From: an uncultured Chloroflexia bacterium
Lineage (GTDB): Bacteria > Chloroflexota > Limnocylindria > Limnocylindrales > CSP1-4
Assembly (NCBI GenBank): GCA_963827965.1
Contig: CAWHCW010000019.1
Coordinates: 4,559 to 68,558, forward strand
Length of the DNA stretch: 64,000 nt
Reading direction: 5' to 3'
Shown piece after piece: positions 10,079 through 22,143 of this stretch. Below the pieces are notes generated by a model. It saw only the letters and a list, made by a program, of their open reading frames with translations. It did not search any database and was not told the origin of the DNA. Every line of letters starts with the position of its first letter. The stretch's first letter is position 1. The translations under genes were made by a program, and so were the position numbers.

Positions 10079-11346
10079 GTGACCGCTGACCTCCGCGAGC
10101 GGCTCGCGATCCCGAGCGCCCGCCTGGACGACCTGAACGCCTTCCTCCTCGACCCGGACTCGCGGGTCGTCAACGACGTGCTGGCGGTCATCGCCCGCTA
10201 CGGGACCCCCGAGGAGATCAACGCCAGGGCCCGCCAGGCCGGCGAGCTGCCGGCGCTCCTCGACCGCGTCAAGGCCGCCCACCCCGCCGTACCTCGCCGA
10301 CCTGGAGTGGCTCGCCGGGGAGCGCGACCGGGGCGCCTTCGTCAGCGTGGCCGACTACCGCCGGGGCGTGCTCGGCGCCCAGGCGGACAGGCGCGGCCTT
10401 CCGGGACGACATGGCGGTGACGCTGGAGGTCAGCGCCCTCCAGTACTTCCCCTGGGTGATCGCGGCGGCGCGCAAGGCGATCGCGGAGCGCTCCCTGATG
10501 CCCGCCCGCTGGATCCAGGTCCGGCGGATGAAGGAGCAGGAGGCCGAGGGCGACCTCCCGGCGATCGCCGCGGCCATGCAGATCATCGGCGCCAGCTACG
10601 TGGAGACGCTGGACACCAAGGGCACCGACGGCTCGAACGTCCACCTCGGCGGCCCGGCCACCATCACCGGCTACTTCGGCGGGATCGGCCAGCCCAACGA
10701 CCACCCGCTCCTGTGGCTCGACGAGTTCCTCCACTACTACACCGAGTACGGCGTGCGCCAGGTCCTCAACATCAACCCGGGGACCGTGCTGGCGGGCTAC
10801 CTCCTCCACCGTCTCGGCGTGGACATCGAGTTCAAGATCTCGGTCTTCATGGGCAACGACAACCCGTACGCCGGGATGTGGACGCTCATCGGGGCCAAGC
10901 TCTTCGCCCGCGACGACGGCACGTCGCCGCTGGTCGGCTTCAACTGGGGCAACTCGGCCAACAACGAGACGCTGGAGATCACGGCCGAGATCCGGCGGGC
11001 GCTCGGCTTCGAGGACGTCATCCGCTTCGAGCACCACATCACCGAGACGTTCAAGAGCATCGTCCTCCAGCCGTACGACCGCCGCGACGAGCTCATGGCG
11101 CTGGCCGACCACGTGCCCAACATCTCGGCCAAGCACGAGGGCGGCGACCCGGGCGTGGACGGCGCCCGGCCCCATCCCTCGGACATCCTGGACTACTTCC
11201 GCGAGGAATCCGAGGTCATCGAGAGCGGCGACTGGGACAACCTGCAGCTCAACTTCATGGACAAGCTGGACGCCACGAACCACACGGCGCGGGCCCTGAC
11301 GGAGCACGGCCTGAGCTTCGTGGCGGCGCGCAACCTGCACCGCTGA
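10079..11346 (+). CDS. Soluble enzyme-like hypothetical protein of roughly 420 aa (frameshifts ~10280-10410)
   Basis: ORFs 10079..10420 and 10411..11346 join; strong GC3 codon bias; AGGAG SD. Confidence 0.8.
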
Positions 11347-11379
11347 CGCGGGGCCGAGACGACGCGACCGCGGTCCGGG

Positions 11380-11718
11380 GTGACACCCGAGGACTTCTTC
11401 CGGGACGATGCCTCGGCCTCTCGCTCTTCGAGAAGGTCCTGGCCGTTCTGTCTGACCACGGCCGGGTCGAGGTTCGCACCTCGAAGGGCCAGGTCGCCTT
11501 CCGGCGACGGCGCGGCTCGCGTACCTGTGGCTGCCGGACATGTATCTGGGCGACCGTGCGGCCGGGATCGTCGTCCTGTCGTTCGCGCTCGGCCGTGTGA
11601 GATACCGAGGTTCAAGCAGGTCACCAAGGTCGCGCCGGCACACTGGATGCACCACCTGAGATCCGCGATCCGTCTGCGATCGACGAGCAGGTTGTTGCTG
11701 GCTTCACGAGGCCGCTGA
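11380..11718 (+). pseudogene. DUF5655-like protein broken by several frameshifts (pseudogene or assembly errors)
   Basis: Fragments MTPEDFF / VEVRTSKGQVAFRRRRG / FKQVTKVAPAHWMHHL in different frames. Confidence 0.55.
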
Positions 11719-11796
11719 TCGCGCCGGCTGACCTGCAGCCCGCCAGCCGAGGAGGGCCAGCGACTCGAGCCTGATCGGTCGAAGGCGTACGGGAGA

Positions 11797-11872
11797 TGGC
11801 GCGCCCGGCGGGACTCGAACCCACGACCTCCAGGTCCGCAACCTGACGCTCTATCCACTGAGCTACGGGCGC
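11797..11872 (-). tRNA. tRNA-Arg(GCG)
   Basis: GCGCCCGTAGCTCAGTGGATAGAGCG-TCAGG-TTGCGGA-CCTGG-AGGTCGTGGGTTCGAGTCCCGCCGGGCGCGCCA; anticodon GCG at 11837-11839. Confidence 0.95.
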
Positions 11873-11880
11873 ACGAGAGG

Positions 11881-11972
11881 TGGCGGAGAGGGAGGGATTC
11901 GAACCCTCGAGGCAGGTTACCCCACCTGGCGGTTTAGCAAACCGCTGCACTAGGCCTCTATGCGACCTCTCC
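11881..11972 (-). tRNA. tRNA-Ser(GCT)
   Basis: Anticodon arm GCGGT-TTGCTAA-ACCGC, long variable arm, encoded CCA; upstream TGgTAGAAT. Confidence 0.96.
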
Positions 11973-12116
11973 GGGCCACGGCGCGGCGCATTCTACCAGA
12001 GAGCGCCCTCCCGGCCGTCGGCGGAAGCCGTGGATCGGGCGCGGCGCGGCGGGTACGGCGGGCACGGCAGCGTGCGGCGCGACGGCGTCGCGGCCGACGT
12101 ACCGGCGCGACGCGCT

Positions 12117-12146
12117 TTGACACCGGGGGGCGCGCCCGGCTATGGT
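12117..12146 (+). promoter_or_regulatory. Sigma70-type promoter of the aro operon
   Basis: TTGACA (12117-12122), 18 nt spacer, TATGGT (12141-12146). Confidence 0.75.
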
Positions 12147-12155
12147 GGCCCGACC

Positions 12156-12194
12156 GTGAGAACGCGCTCCTTCTACTTTCCGAGCCCGGCATGA
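12156..12194 (+). CDS. Putative attenuator leader peptide MRTRSFYFPSPA
   Basis: GTG AGA ACG CGC TCC TTC TAC TTT CCG AGC CCG GCA TGA; Phe-Tyr-Phe codons placed between the promoter and a terminator, upstream of aroF. Confidence 0.75.
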   Translation: MRTRSFYFPSPA

Positions 12195-12239
12195 CCCACC
12201 CCGGAGCCTGAGCTCCGGACGGCGGTCGTGCCGGGTGTG

Positions 12240-12274
12240 AGCAGAGGCCGCAGGACCTCTGCTTTTTTGTTTGT
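12240..12274 (+). terminator. Intrinsic terminator in the aro leader
   Basis: GCAGAGG-ccgcagga-CCTCTGC followed by TTTTTTGTTTGT. Confidence 0.85.
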
Positions 12275-12351
12275 CCGGCGGAGGACGATGGCCGGGACCC
12301 GGGGAGGGTCCCGGGAGCCGCGAAGGCGGCCGGGATGCGAGGCGAGGCCAG

Positions 12352-13426
12352 ATGTTCGTGGTGATGGCGGTCGAGGCGACCGAGGAGCAGCTGAACGCGG
12401 TGCGGGGCGCCATCCTCGAGGAGGGCCTGACGCCCCACGAGAACCGCGGCGGGGCGCGGATCGTCGTCGCCGTCCTCGGCGAGGGCGGCGGCCTGGGCCG
12501 AGCGCCTCGCCGACCGGCTCTCGGTGCCTCCCCGGCGTCGGCCGTCGGTCACGCCAGACGAGCCGGCCCTTCAAGCTCACCTCGCCGCGAGTTCCACCCC
12601 GAGGACACGGTCGTCCACGTCGGCGACGTCGACGATCGGCGACGGGTCGCCTGACCCTGGCCGCCGGGCCCTGCGCGATCGAGTCGCGCGACCAGCTCTT
12701 CGAGACCGCCGAGGCCGTCAAGGCCGCCGGCGCCAACGTCCTGCGCGGCGGCGCCTTCAAGCCGCGGACCAGCCCGTACTCCTTCCAGGGGCTCGGGCTC
12801 CAGGGGCTCCGCTTCCTGGCCGAGGCGCGCGAGCGGACCGGCCTGCCGGTCGTCACCGAGGTGATGGAGCCGGGCCAGGTCGAGCACGTCGCCGAGTACG
12901 CCGACATCCTCCAGATCGGCGCCCGCAACATGCAGAACTACTCGCTCCTCATGGCCGTCGGGCGAGATCGGGCGGCCCGTGCTCCTCAAGCGCGGCCTCT
13001 CGGGCACGATCGAGGAGTGGCTGATGGCCGCCGAGTACGTCATGTCGAGCGGCAACCCCAACGTGATCCTCTGCGAGCGCGGCATCCGGACGTTCGAGAC
13101 GGCCTACCGGAACACGCTCGACGTGACGGCCGTGCCGCTGATCCACCAGCTGACCCACCTGCCCGGTCTGGATCGACCCGTCGCACGCGACCGGGAAGCG
13201 CTGGCTCGTCACGCCGCTCGCCCTCGCGCGGAACGGCCGTCGGCGCCGACGGCCTGCTCATCGAGGTCCACCCGCGCCCGACGAGGCGCTCTCCGACGGC
13301 GACCAGTCGCTGACCCCCGCCCAGTTCGGCGAGCTCGCCGATCGCGGTCCGCGGCGTCCACGACCAGGTCCGCGCCATCCACGCCACGCCGCGGGCCGGC
13401 GATGGCCGCCGACGCCGCGCGCCTGA
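12352..13426 (+). CDS. aroF: DAHP synthase type I-beta with an N-terminal regulatory domain (frameshifted; end approximate)
   Basis: [50 protein letters not shown]. Confidence 0.92.
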
Positions 13427-13438
13427 CGCGCCGGCATC

Positions 13439-14790
13439 GTGCCCCTCGTGTCGCCCGCAGTCCACCGTCGCCGTCGCGCCCCGCCGCGCCGGCTGCGCGG
13501 CGAGCTGCGGCCGCCCGGCGACAAGTCGATCAGCCACCGGGCGCTCCTCCTCGCCCTCCTCGCCGAGGGCGAGAGCCGGATCACCGGCGCGGGCGACGGG
13601 CGGGACGTCCGGGCCACGGCCGGCGTCGCGGCGGCCCTCGGGGCCACCGTCGAGCGCTCGGGCGACGATCCGCGCGCCGTCGACTACCGCGTCGTCTCGC
13701 CCGGCCGCGCACGGCCTCCGCGAGCCGGCCGGCGTCCTCGACTGCCAGAACTCCGGGACGACGTTCCGGCTCATCGCCGGGATCCTCGCCGGGCTGCCGG
13801 TCTTCGCGGTCCTCGACGGCGACGCCTCCCTGCGGGCCGCCCGATGGGCCGGGTCGCCGCGCCGCTGGCCGCGATGGGCGCGACGATCTGCGGGCGCGCC
13901 GGCGCCACGCTGCCGCCGCTGGCGATCACCGGGCGGGCGCCGCTGCCGCCGATCGACCACGCGACCCCGGTGCCCTCGCGCCCAGGTGAAGTCGGCGATC
14001 CTCCTGGCCGGGCTCGCCGCCGACGGGCACGACGACGGTCCGCGAGGCCGTCGCCACGCGCGATCACACCGAGCGGATGCTCCGCGCCCGCGGCGTCGCC
14101 GTGCGGACGGAGCACCTCCCCGGCGGCGGCGCCATCCACGCCCTCGACGGCGGGCCCGGGTCCGCCGCCTCGACCAGCGGGTCCCGGGCGACATCTCGGG
14201 GCCGCCTTCTGGCTCGTCGCGGCCGCGATCCACCCGGACGCGGAGCTGACGCTCCGGAACGTCGGGACGAACCCGACCCGGCGTGCGATCATCGACCTGC
14301 TGCGACGGATGGGCGCCGATATCGACGAGCGCCCCGTCGGCGCGGCGGGCGACGAGGACCGGGCGAGCCGCTCGCCGACCTCTTCGTTCGGAGCAGCACG
14401 CTTCGGGGAATCGACGTGACGGCCGCCGAGGTCGCCGCGGCGATCGACGAGATCCCGGTCCTCTGCCTCGCCGCGGCGGTGGCGAGCGGGCGAACCGTGA
14501 TCCGCGGCGTCGGAGAGCTGCGCCACAAGGAATCGGACCGGGTGGCCGGAATCGCGGCCGGGCTCGGGGCGCTGGGCGCCCGGGTCACGGTCGACGGCGA
14601 CACGATCGAGATCGACGGCGGCCGGATGCTCACGGGAGCGACGGTCGAGACGCATGACGATCACCGCCTGGCCATGACCTTCGCGGTCGCCGGCCTGGCG
14701 GCGCGGGGCGAGACGATCATCCGCGACCCGGGGTCGGCGGAGGTCTCGTACCCGGGCTTCTTCGGAGAGCTGGAAAGGGTGCGAGCATGA
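13439..14790 (+). CDS. aroA: EPSP synthase (frameshifted)
   Basis: [51 protein letters not shown]. Confidence 0.93.
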
Positions 14791-15693
14791 CGAAGCGGGT
14801 CGTCCTCATCGGCCATCCGGTCGCCCATTCGCTCTCCGGCGCGATGCAGCAGGCGGCGTTCGACGCGGCCGGCATCCCGGCGACCTACGAGCTGTGGGAC
14901 CGGCCGCCCCTGGAGCTCGCCGACGCGATCGCCGAGCTGCGCTCCGACGACTTCCTCGGCGCCAACGTCACGATCCCCCACAAGGAGAAGGCGACCGGCC
15001 TCGTCGACCGCCTGACCGAGGAGGCGCACGCCACCGGCGCCGTCAACACGATCACCCGCGAGGGGAAGCGCCTGGTCGGCCACAACACGGACGTGCCGGG
15101 CTTCCGGGTCGCCCTCGAGACCCTCGTCGGGAAGCAGCGGATGCCCCGCACGGCGGTCGTCCTCGGCTCCGGCGGCGGCGCGCGCGCCGTCGTCCACGGG
15201 CTGATCACCGAGGGCTTCCAGCGGGTCGTCGTCTTCAACCGCCACCTCCACCGGGCGGAGGCGCTGGTCCGCTTCTTCGCCAGGAGCGCGGCCCACATGG
15301 AGCTCCGGGCGATGCCCTGGCACGAGTCGATCATCGAGGCCGAGCTGGCCAAGACGAAGGTGCTGGTCAACGCGACCTCGGTCGGCCTCCACGGCGACGA
15401 GAGCCCCGATCCCGGCCGAGCTGATCCCGCCCGACCTCCTGGTGATGGACCTCATCTACAACCCGCCGCGCTCGCGGCTCCTGCGCGACGCCGCGGCGGC
15501 CGGCTGCCAGGTGCTCAACGGCGAGGTGATGCTCCTCCACCAGGGCGCCGCCGCGTTCACGCTGTGGACCGGCCAGCCGGCGCCGGTCGAGCTGATGCAC
15601 GAGAAGCTCGCGGCGGGCCTCGCCGCCACGGACGCGGCCGAGGGCGGGGCGGCCGACGAGGGCGCCGGCACGGCCGGGGAGCCGGGGGCCTGA
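14787..15693 (+). CDS. aroE: Shikimate dehydrogenase (frameshift ~15410)
   Basis: [46 protein letters not shown]; ATGA overlap with aroA. Confidence 0.93.
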
Positions 15694-15701
15694 CGGTCGT
15701 C

Positions 15702-16986
15702 ATGACCGGCTTCCGGTTCCTGACGGCCGGGGAGTCGCACGGGCCGGCGCTCGGCGTCACCCTCGAGGGCCTGCCCGCCGGGATCCCGGTGACGGCGGAC
15801 GCGATCGCGATCGACCTGCGCCGCCGCCAGGGCGGCTACGGCCGCGGCGCCCGCCAGGCGATCGAGCAGGACCGGGCCGAGATCCTGGCCGGGGTCCGCC
15901 ACGGGCGCACGATCGGCTCGCCGATCCTGCTGCTCGTCCGCAACCGCGACTGGGAGAACTGGACCCGGGTCATGCAGGTCGAGCCGCTCACCGACGAGGA
16001 GGCCGCGGAGCTGGCGGCGCTGGCGGAGGGCGGCAACAAGCGGGCCCAGGCCGTGACCCGCGTCCGGCCCGGCCACGCCGACCTGGCCGGCGCCCTCAAG
16101 TACGGCTTCGACGACGTCCGGCCGATCCTCGAGCGCGCCTCGGCCCGCGAGACGGCGGCGCGCGTCGCGGCGGGCGCGGTCTGCCGCGCCTTCCTCGCGG
16201 AGCTCGGGATCGAGGTCTGGTCGTTCACCGCCGAGGTCGGCGGCGTCGCCGTCGACCGGGCGGCATGCACGCGGTCCCGCGAGGAGACGGAGGCGAGCCC
16301 GCTCCGCTGCCCCGACCCGGCGCGGAGGCGCGGATGATCGCCCGGATCGACGAGGCGCGATCGCTCGGCAACACGGTCGGCGGCGTCTTCGAGGTCGTGG
16401 CCCACGGCCTGCCGATCGGCCTCGGCAGCCACGTCCACTGGGACCGCCGTCTCGACGGCGCGCTGGCGGCCGCGATCATGAGCATCCAGAGCGTCAAGGG
16501 CGTCGAGTTCGGGCTCGGCTTCGAGCAGACGCGGCGCCTCGGCTCGGAGGTCCACGACGTCATCGAGGGGCGCGACGCCGCCGGCGGCTGGATCCACCGC
16601 TCGAACAACGCCGGCGGCCTGACCGGCGGGATCACGAACGGCGAGCCGCTCGTCGTCCGCGGCGCCGTGAAGCCGATCTCCACGCTCGCCCGGCCCCTCC
16701 CCTCGGCCGACCTCCTGACCGGCGAGGCGGTCGAGAAGGCGCACTACGAGCGGAGCGACATCTCCGTCGTGCCGGCGGCCGGCGTCATCGGCGAGGCGAT
16801 GGTGCTCCTCACCCTGGCCCGCTTCGTCCTCGAGAAGTTCGGCGGCGACTCGCTGGCCGAGGTGCGCGACAACCTGGACCGCTACCGGGCGCGGATCGCC
16901 GCGGGCCGGCGGCCTCGTCCGCATCCGGCGCGGCGGGGACGCTCCCGCCCGGCTCCGGCGAGGCCGGCTCCGGGGGCGACGACTAG
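15702..16986 (+). CDS. aroC: Chorismate synthase (frameshift ~16320; end approximate)
   Basis: [50 protein letters not shown]. Confidence 0.94.
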
Positions 16987-18638
<1,652 letters not shown>

Positions 18639-18699
18639 GCACGACTGCGGGAGCGCGGGCGTGAGCGCGGATGCTGGGCGCGGCGGCCCCGGCCGGCCG

Positions 18700-19192
18700 A
18701 TGCGGGTCCTCGTCGTCAACGGGCCGAACCTCAACCTGCTCGGCACCCGCGAGCCGGCGATCTACGGCCGCGAGACGCTCGACGAGATCAACGACGCGCT
18801 CCGGGCCCGGGCGGCCGAGCTCGGCGTGGACGTCGACGTTCTTCCAGTCGAACCACGAGGGCGCCCTCATCGACCGCCTCCATCGACGCGACTTCGACGC
18901 CTCCATCGTGAACGCGGGCGGCCTGACCCACACCTCGGTGAGCCTGCGCGACGCGCTCCTCGGCATCGAGCGGCCGTTCGTGGAGGTCCACCTCTCCGAT
19001 CCGGCGACGCGCGAGTCGTTCCGGCGGGTCAACTTCCTGGAGGACGTGGCACTCGCGCGCTTCGTGGGGATGAAGGCCGCCGGCTACCACGGGGCGCTCG
19101 AGGAGCTGGCCCGCCGATGGGCGGCCGGCAAGCTCGCTCCGCTGGCGGTCGAGACAGGGCCCGACGAATCCGAGGACGACCCCGGTGGTTGA
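18700..19192 (+). CDS. aroQ: Type II 3-dehydroquinate dehydratase (frameshift ~18835; alternative GTG start at 18661)
   Basis: [43 protein letters not shown]. Confidence 0.93.
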
Positions 19193-19616
19193 GCGCGACG
19201 AGCCCGACGTGATGCTGGCCGACGCGGCGGCCAACGGCGACCGGACCGGCTCCGCGCTCGCCCCGCTCCGCGAGCGGATCGACGCCATCGACCACGAGAT
19301 CGTGGCTCTCCTCAACGAGCGCGCCCAGATCGCCCTCGAGATCGGCCGGGTGAAGCAGCAGACCGGGCGCCGGACCGTCCGCGACGCCAAACGCGAGACC
19401 GAGGTGCTGGAGCGCGTCACGAGCGCCTCGGCCGGCCTCTTCCCGGAGCCGGAGCTGGTCGCCCTCTACCGGAAGCTGATCGCCGCGACCCGGCGGGTCC
19501 AGCACGCCCAGAAGCGGCAGGCGGCCGGTGCGGCCGGCGCCGCGAACGGCCCTCCGGCACCCTCGGACGACACCACGCCAGCCGGCGGCGGGAGCGCGGC
19601 GCCCAGGCCGCGGTGA
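19185..19616 (+). CDS. Chorismate mutase (AroQ/CM_2 type, stand-alone)
   Basis: [30 protein letters not shown]...[10 protein letters not shown]. Confidence 0.88.
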   Translation: MVERDEPDVMLADAAANGDRTGSALAPLRERIDAIDHEIVALLNERAQIALEIGRVKQQTGRRTVRDAKRETEVLERVTSASAGLFPEPELVALYRKLIAATRRVQHAQKRQAAGAAGAANGPPAPSDDTTPAGGGSAAPRPR

Positions 19617-20542
19617 TCCCCCTCGGGCCGCGCGATCCGGGCCCGGTCCGGCCGGACCCGGCGCGGCTGCCGGCTCGGCCCACGACCCGCTTCGCCCCCG
19701 CGCCGACCGGCTTCCTGCACCTGGGCCACCTCGCCAACGCCCTCTACGTGTGGGGGATCGCCCGGGCGACCGGCGGGCGCGTGATCCTGCGGATCGAGGA
19801 CCACGACCGGCAGCGGAGCCGGCGCGCCTTCGAGACGGCGCTCCTCGACGACCTGGAGCGGCTCGGGCTGATCCCGGACGACCCATCGCTCGCGGAGCTG
19901 CGGGCGGGGCGCTCCAGCTACCGCCAGTCCGACGACGGATCGCCGTACGGCGCCGCCGTCGAGACCCTCCGCGCGCAGGGGCGCGTCTACGCCTGCACCT
20001 GCACGCGCGCGGCGCTGCTCGCCTGGCGCGGGCCGGGGTGCCCGGGCGCGTGTCGCGAACGGGCGCTGGCCCACGACGCGCCGGGGTCGGCCCTCCGCGC
20101 CTGGCTCGGCGAGGGCGACGAGCCCTTCGACGACCTCCTCCTCGGACCGCAGGCCGGCGACCCATCCGCCGAGGGCGATCTCACCCTCCGCGATCGGCAC
20201 GGCAACTGGAGCTACCCGCTCTGCGTCGTCGTCGACGACGTCCGCCACGGCGTCGACCTCGTGATCCGCGGCCGCGACCTGCTCGACGCGACCCCCCGCC
20301 AGCTCCGGCTGGGCCGCCTCCTCGGGCGCGCGACGCCGCCGGCCTTCCTGCACCACCCGCTGCTGCGGAAACCCTCGGGCGCGAAGCTCTCGAAGGCCGA
20401 CCGCGACACCGCCATCCGCGACCTCCTCGACGGCGGCGCGGCGCCAGCCGACCTCCTCGGCTTCGCCGCGGCGGCGGTGGGGCTCCTGGACGCAGACCGC
20501 CCGCTCCCCGCGGCCGGACTCGGCGATCTCTTCGCGCCCTGA
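19613..20542 (+). CDS. gluQ: Glutamyl-queuosine tRNA(Asp) synthetase-like protein (GluRS catalytic domain only)
   Basis: TRFAPAPTGFLHLGH, LRIEDHD, YACTCTR, VIRGRDL, KLSK; no anticodon-binding domain. Confidence 0.8.
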   Translation: MIPLGPRDPGPVRPDPARLPARPTTRFAPAPTGFLHLGHLANALYVWGIARATGGRVILRIEDHDRQRSRRAFETALLDDLERLGLIPDDPSLAELRAGRSSYRQSDDGSPYGAAVETLRAQGRVYACTCTRAALLAWRGPGCPGACRERALAHDAPGSALRAWLGEGDEPFDDLLLGPQAGDPSAEGDLTLRDRHGNWSYPLCVVVDDVRHGVDLVIRGRDLLDATPRQLRLGRLLGRATPPAFLHHPLLRKPSGAKLSKADRDTAIRDLLDGGAAPADLLGFAAAAVGLLDADRPLPAAGLGDLFAP

Positions 20543-20592
20543 CGGCCGCGTCGCCCCGCGTGAGACGACGGGCACCTCTGAGACGCCGGGGC

Positions 20593-21144
20593 TCAGGCAG
20601 CACCTCCCCACCGCCCGGCCATCCAGATGCTGCCCAGGATGACGGACGCTGTCACGGCCAGCGCCAGCAGGGTCAGGGCTCGGCCGGGCCGCGCCTCGAA
20701 CCCGTCGAAGGCAAGCAGCGAGAACACCACGCCCGATGCGGCGAACAGGACGAGGTCGCCGGCCAGCGTCTCGGGCACGAGGATGACACGGCTCGCAACG
20801 GCCAGCGTGATCCCGATGAAGAGGCACCACCCGGCCCACGAAGCTGCCCCGAGGACTGATCGAGCGGCGCGCGAGGCTGCCTCGAATCGATGAACGAGCT
20901 CGACGGTGAGAACCATCGCGGGGACCAGGAGGAAGGTGACGAAGGCAAGCCCGCCAGGGCCGAACCGGACGAGCGTGCCGACAGCCGCGACCGGGGCACG
21001 AACGAGATCGCCACCGGACCTCACGTCCTCGGCCGCGATGAAGACCCACAGGCCGAGGGTGACGATCACGAGGTACGCGAGGATCGGTCTCGGCATGCCC
21101 CTGCCGAGGGCCCATCGGCCAAGGATTCCATTCTGCGTCGCCAC
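20593..21144 (-). CDS. Hypothetical membrane protein
   Basis: 183-aa ORF with about five hydrophobic segments; TATCCT -10 lies 7 nt before the GTG. Confidence 0.65.
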   Translation of the reverse strand: MATQNGILGRWALGRGMPRPILAYLVIVTLGLWVFIAAEDVRSGGDLVRAPVAAVGTLVRFGPGGLAFVTFLLVPAMVLTVELVHRFEAASRAARSVLGAASWAGWCLFIGITLAVASRVILVPETLAGDLVLFAASGVVFSLLAFDGFEARPGRALTLLALAVTASVILGSIWMAGRWGGAA

Positions 21145-21206
21145 GGGACGGAGGATAGTCGCCTGAGGGACCGCTTACGCCTGGGAGCGCGTCCACGGCG
21201 AGGTCG

Positions 21207-21718
21207 TCAGGATGGAGGCGGGACCTCGAAGAGCCGGCCGTCCTGTTCGGCAAAGTCCCAGACGTCGATCGCCGGTGGCTCCACGCCCAGCGTCGTGAGG
21301 CCGGTGCAGATCTGGCTTCGATGATCGGTCCCGTGGTGCAGCGCCTGCGCGAGTCGGACGCCCATCGGCGCGTGGCTCTCGGACCCGTCCTCGCGGTGCC
21401 TGACGACGACGAGGTCCGGATCGAGGTCCTGTGGCCAGGAGCGAGGACCACGCGGCGCCGTTCGCCTCCATCGCGGCCCGAAGCTCCGGGAGGTCCATGC
21501 TGGTCCTCGTCGATGGCGGGGACGCGCCCACCGGTCAGGGCGAACAGGTACGAGGAGTCGGCGCCGACGAGGTGGCGCATCGTCTCGAGGATCGAGCCGT
21601 AGGTTCCCGGGACGCTCCTCTCCAGCTGCTCTGGAGTGAGCGAGAGGCACGCGTCGACCAACCGGAGCGTCGCCCACACGTGGTGCGCGAACGGGTCCGC
21701 CAGCAAGGATCTGCTCAT
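21207..21718 (-). CDS. DinB family protein (frameshifted)
   Basis: FAHHVWATLRL, GTYGSILETMRHLV, QALHHGTDHRSQICTGLTTLGVEPP. Confidence 0.82.
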
Positions 21719-21894
21719 CGGTCCACGGTACCATCCCACGTCGCACGGTCCAGCGAGCCGACCGGGCACCTCGCTCAGCCGGTGATGCGCTCGCTCTGAC
21801 AACCGATGGGTCCCATCCCGCCGAAGCGGAGCGGGTGTCGCGAGCGGAGCCGGGGGCCGCGGTGTGTCCAGGGGCGGCGGCGGCCGGATGCGCC

Positions 21895-22143
21895 TCAGAC
21901 TTCGAGCGGGAGCGGGTAGATCTCGGCGGGCGGGATGCCGTTGCGGGTGTGGATCCGCTGGACGGCATCCGCGCTCGGCGCCTCTGAGAGGCAGAACACG
22001 TTCCCGCTCTCGGGATCGGCCCACGCATGCTCGAAGTTCACACCCTCGTCCGCCTGGATGGCCAAGTCGCCAGCGTGTGCCGCGACGAGTGCCTCGGCCG
22101 TGATCCCGACCATGCCGTGATGGACGTCCATGAACTTGGGCAT
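21895..22143 (-). CDS. DUF4242 / SCO4226-family nickel-binding protein
   Basis: MPKFMDVH...AAHAGDLAIQ...WADPESGNVFCLSEAPSADAVQRIH. Confidence 0.85.
   Translation of the reverse strand: MPKFMDVHHGMVGITAEALVAAHAGDLAIQADEGVNFEHAWADPESGNVFCLSEAPSADAVQRIHTRNGIPPAEIYPLPLEV

Noticed and set aside
12139-12211. Alternative leader frame containing Trp-Trp (LWWPDR...)
   Set aside because: The Trp codons overlap the -10 element, upstream of the likely TSS, and the frame has no usable start.
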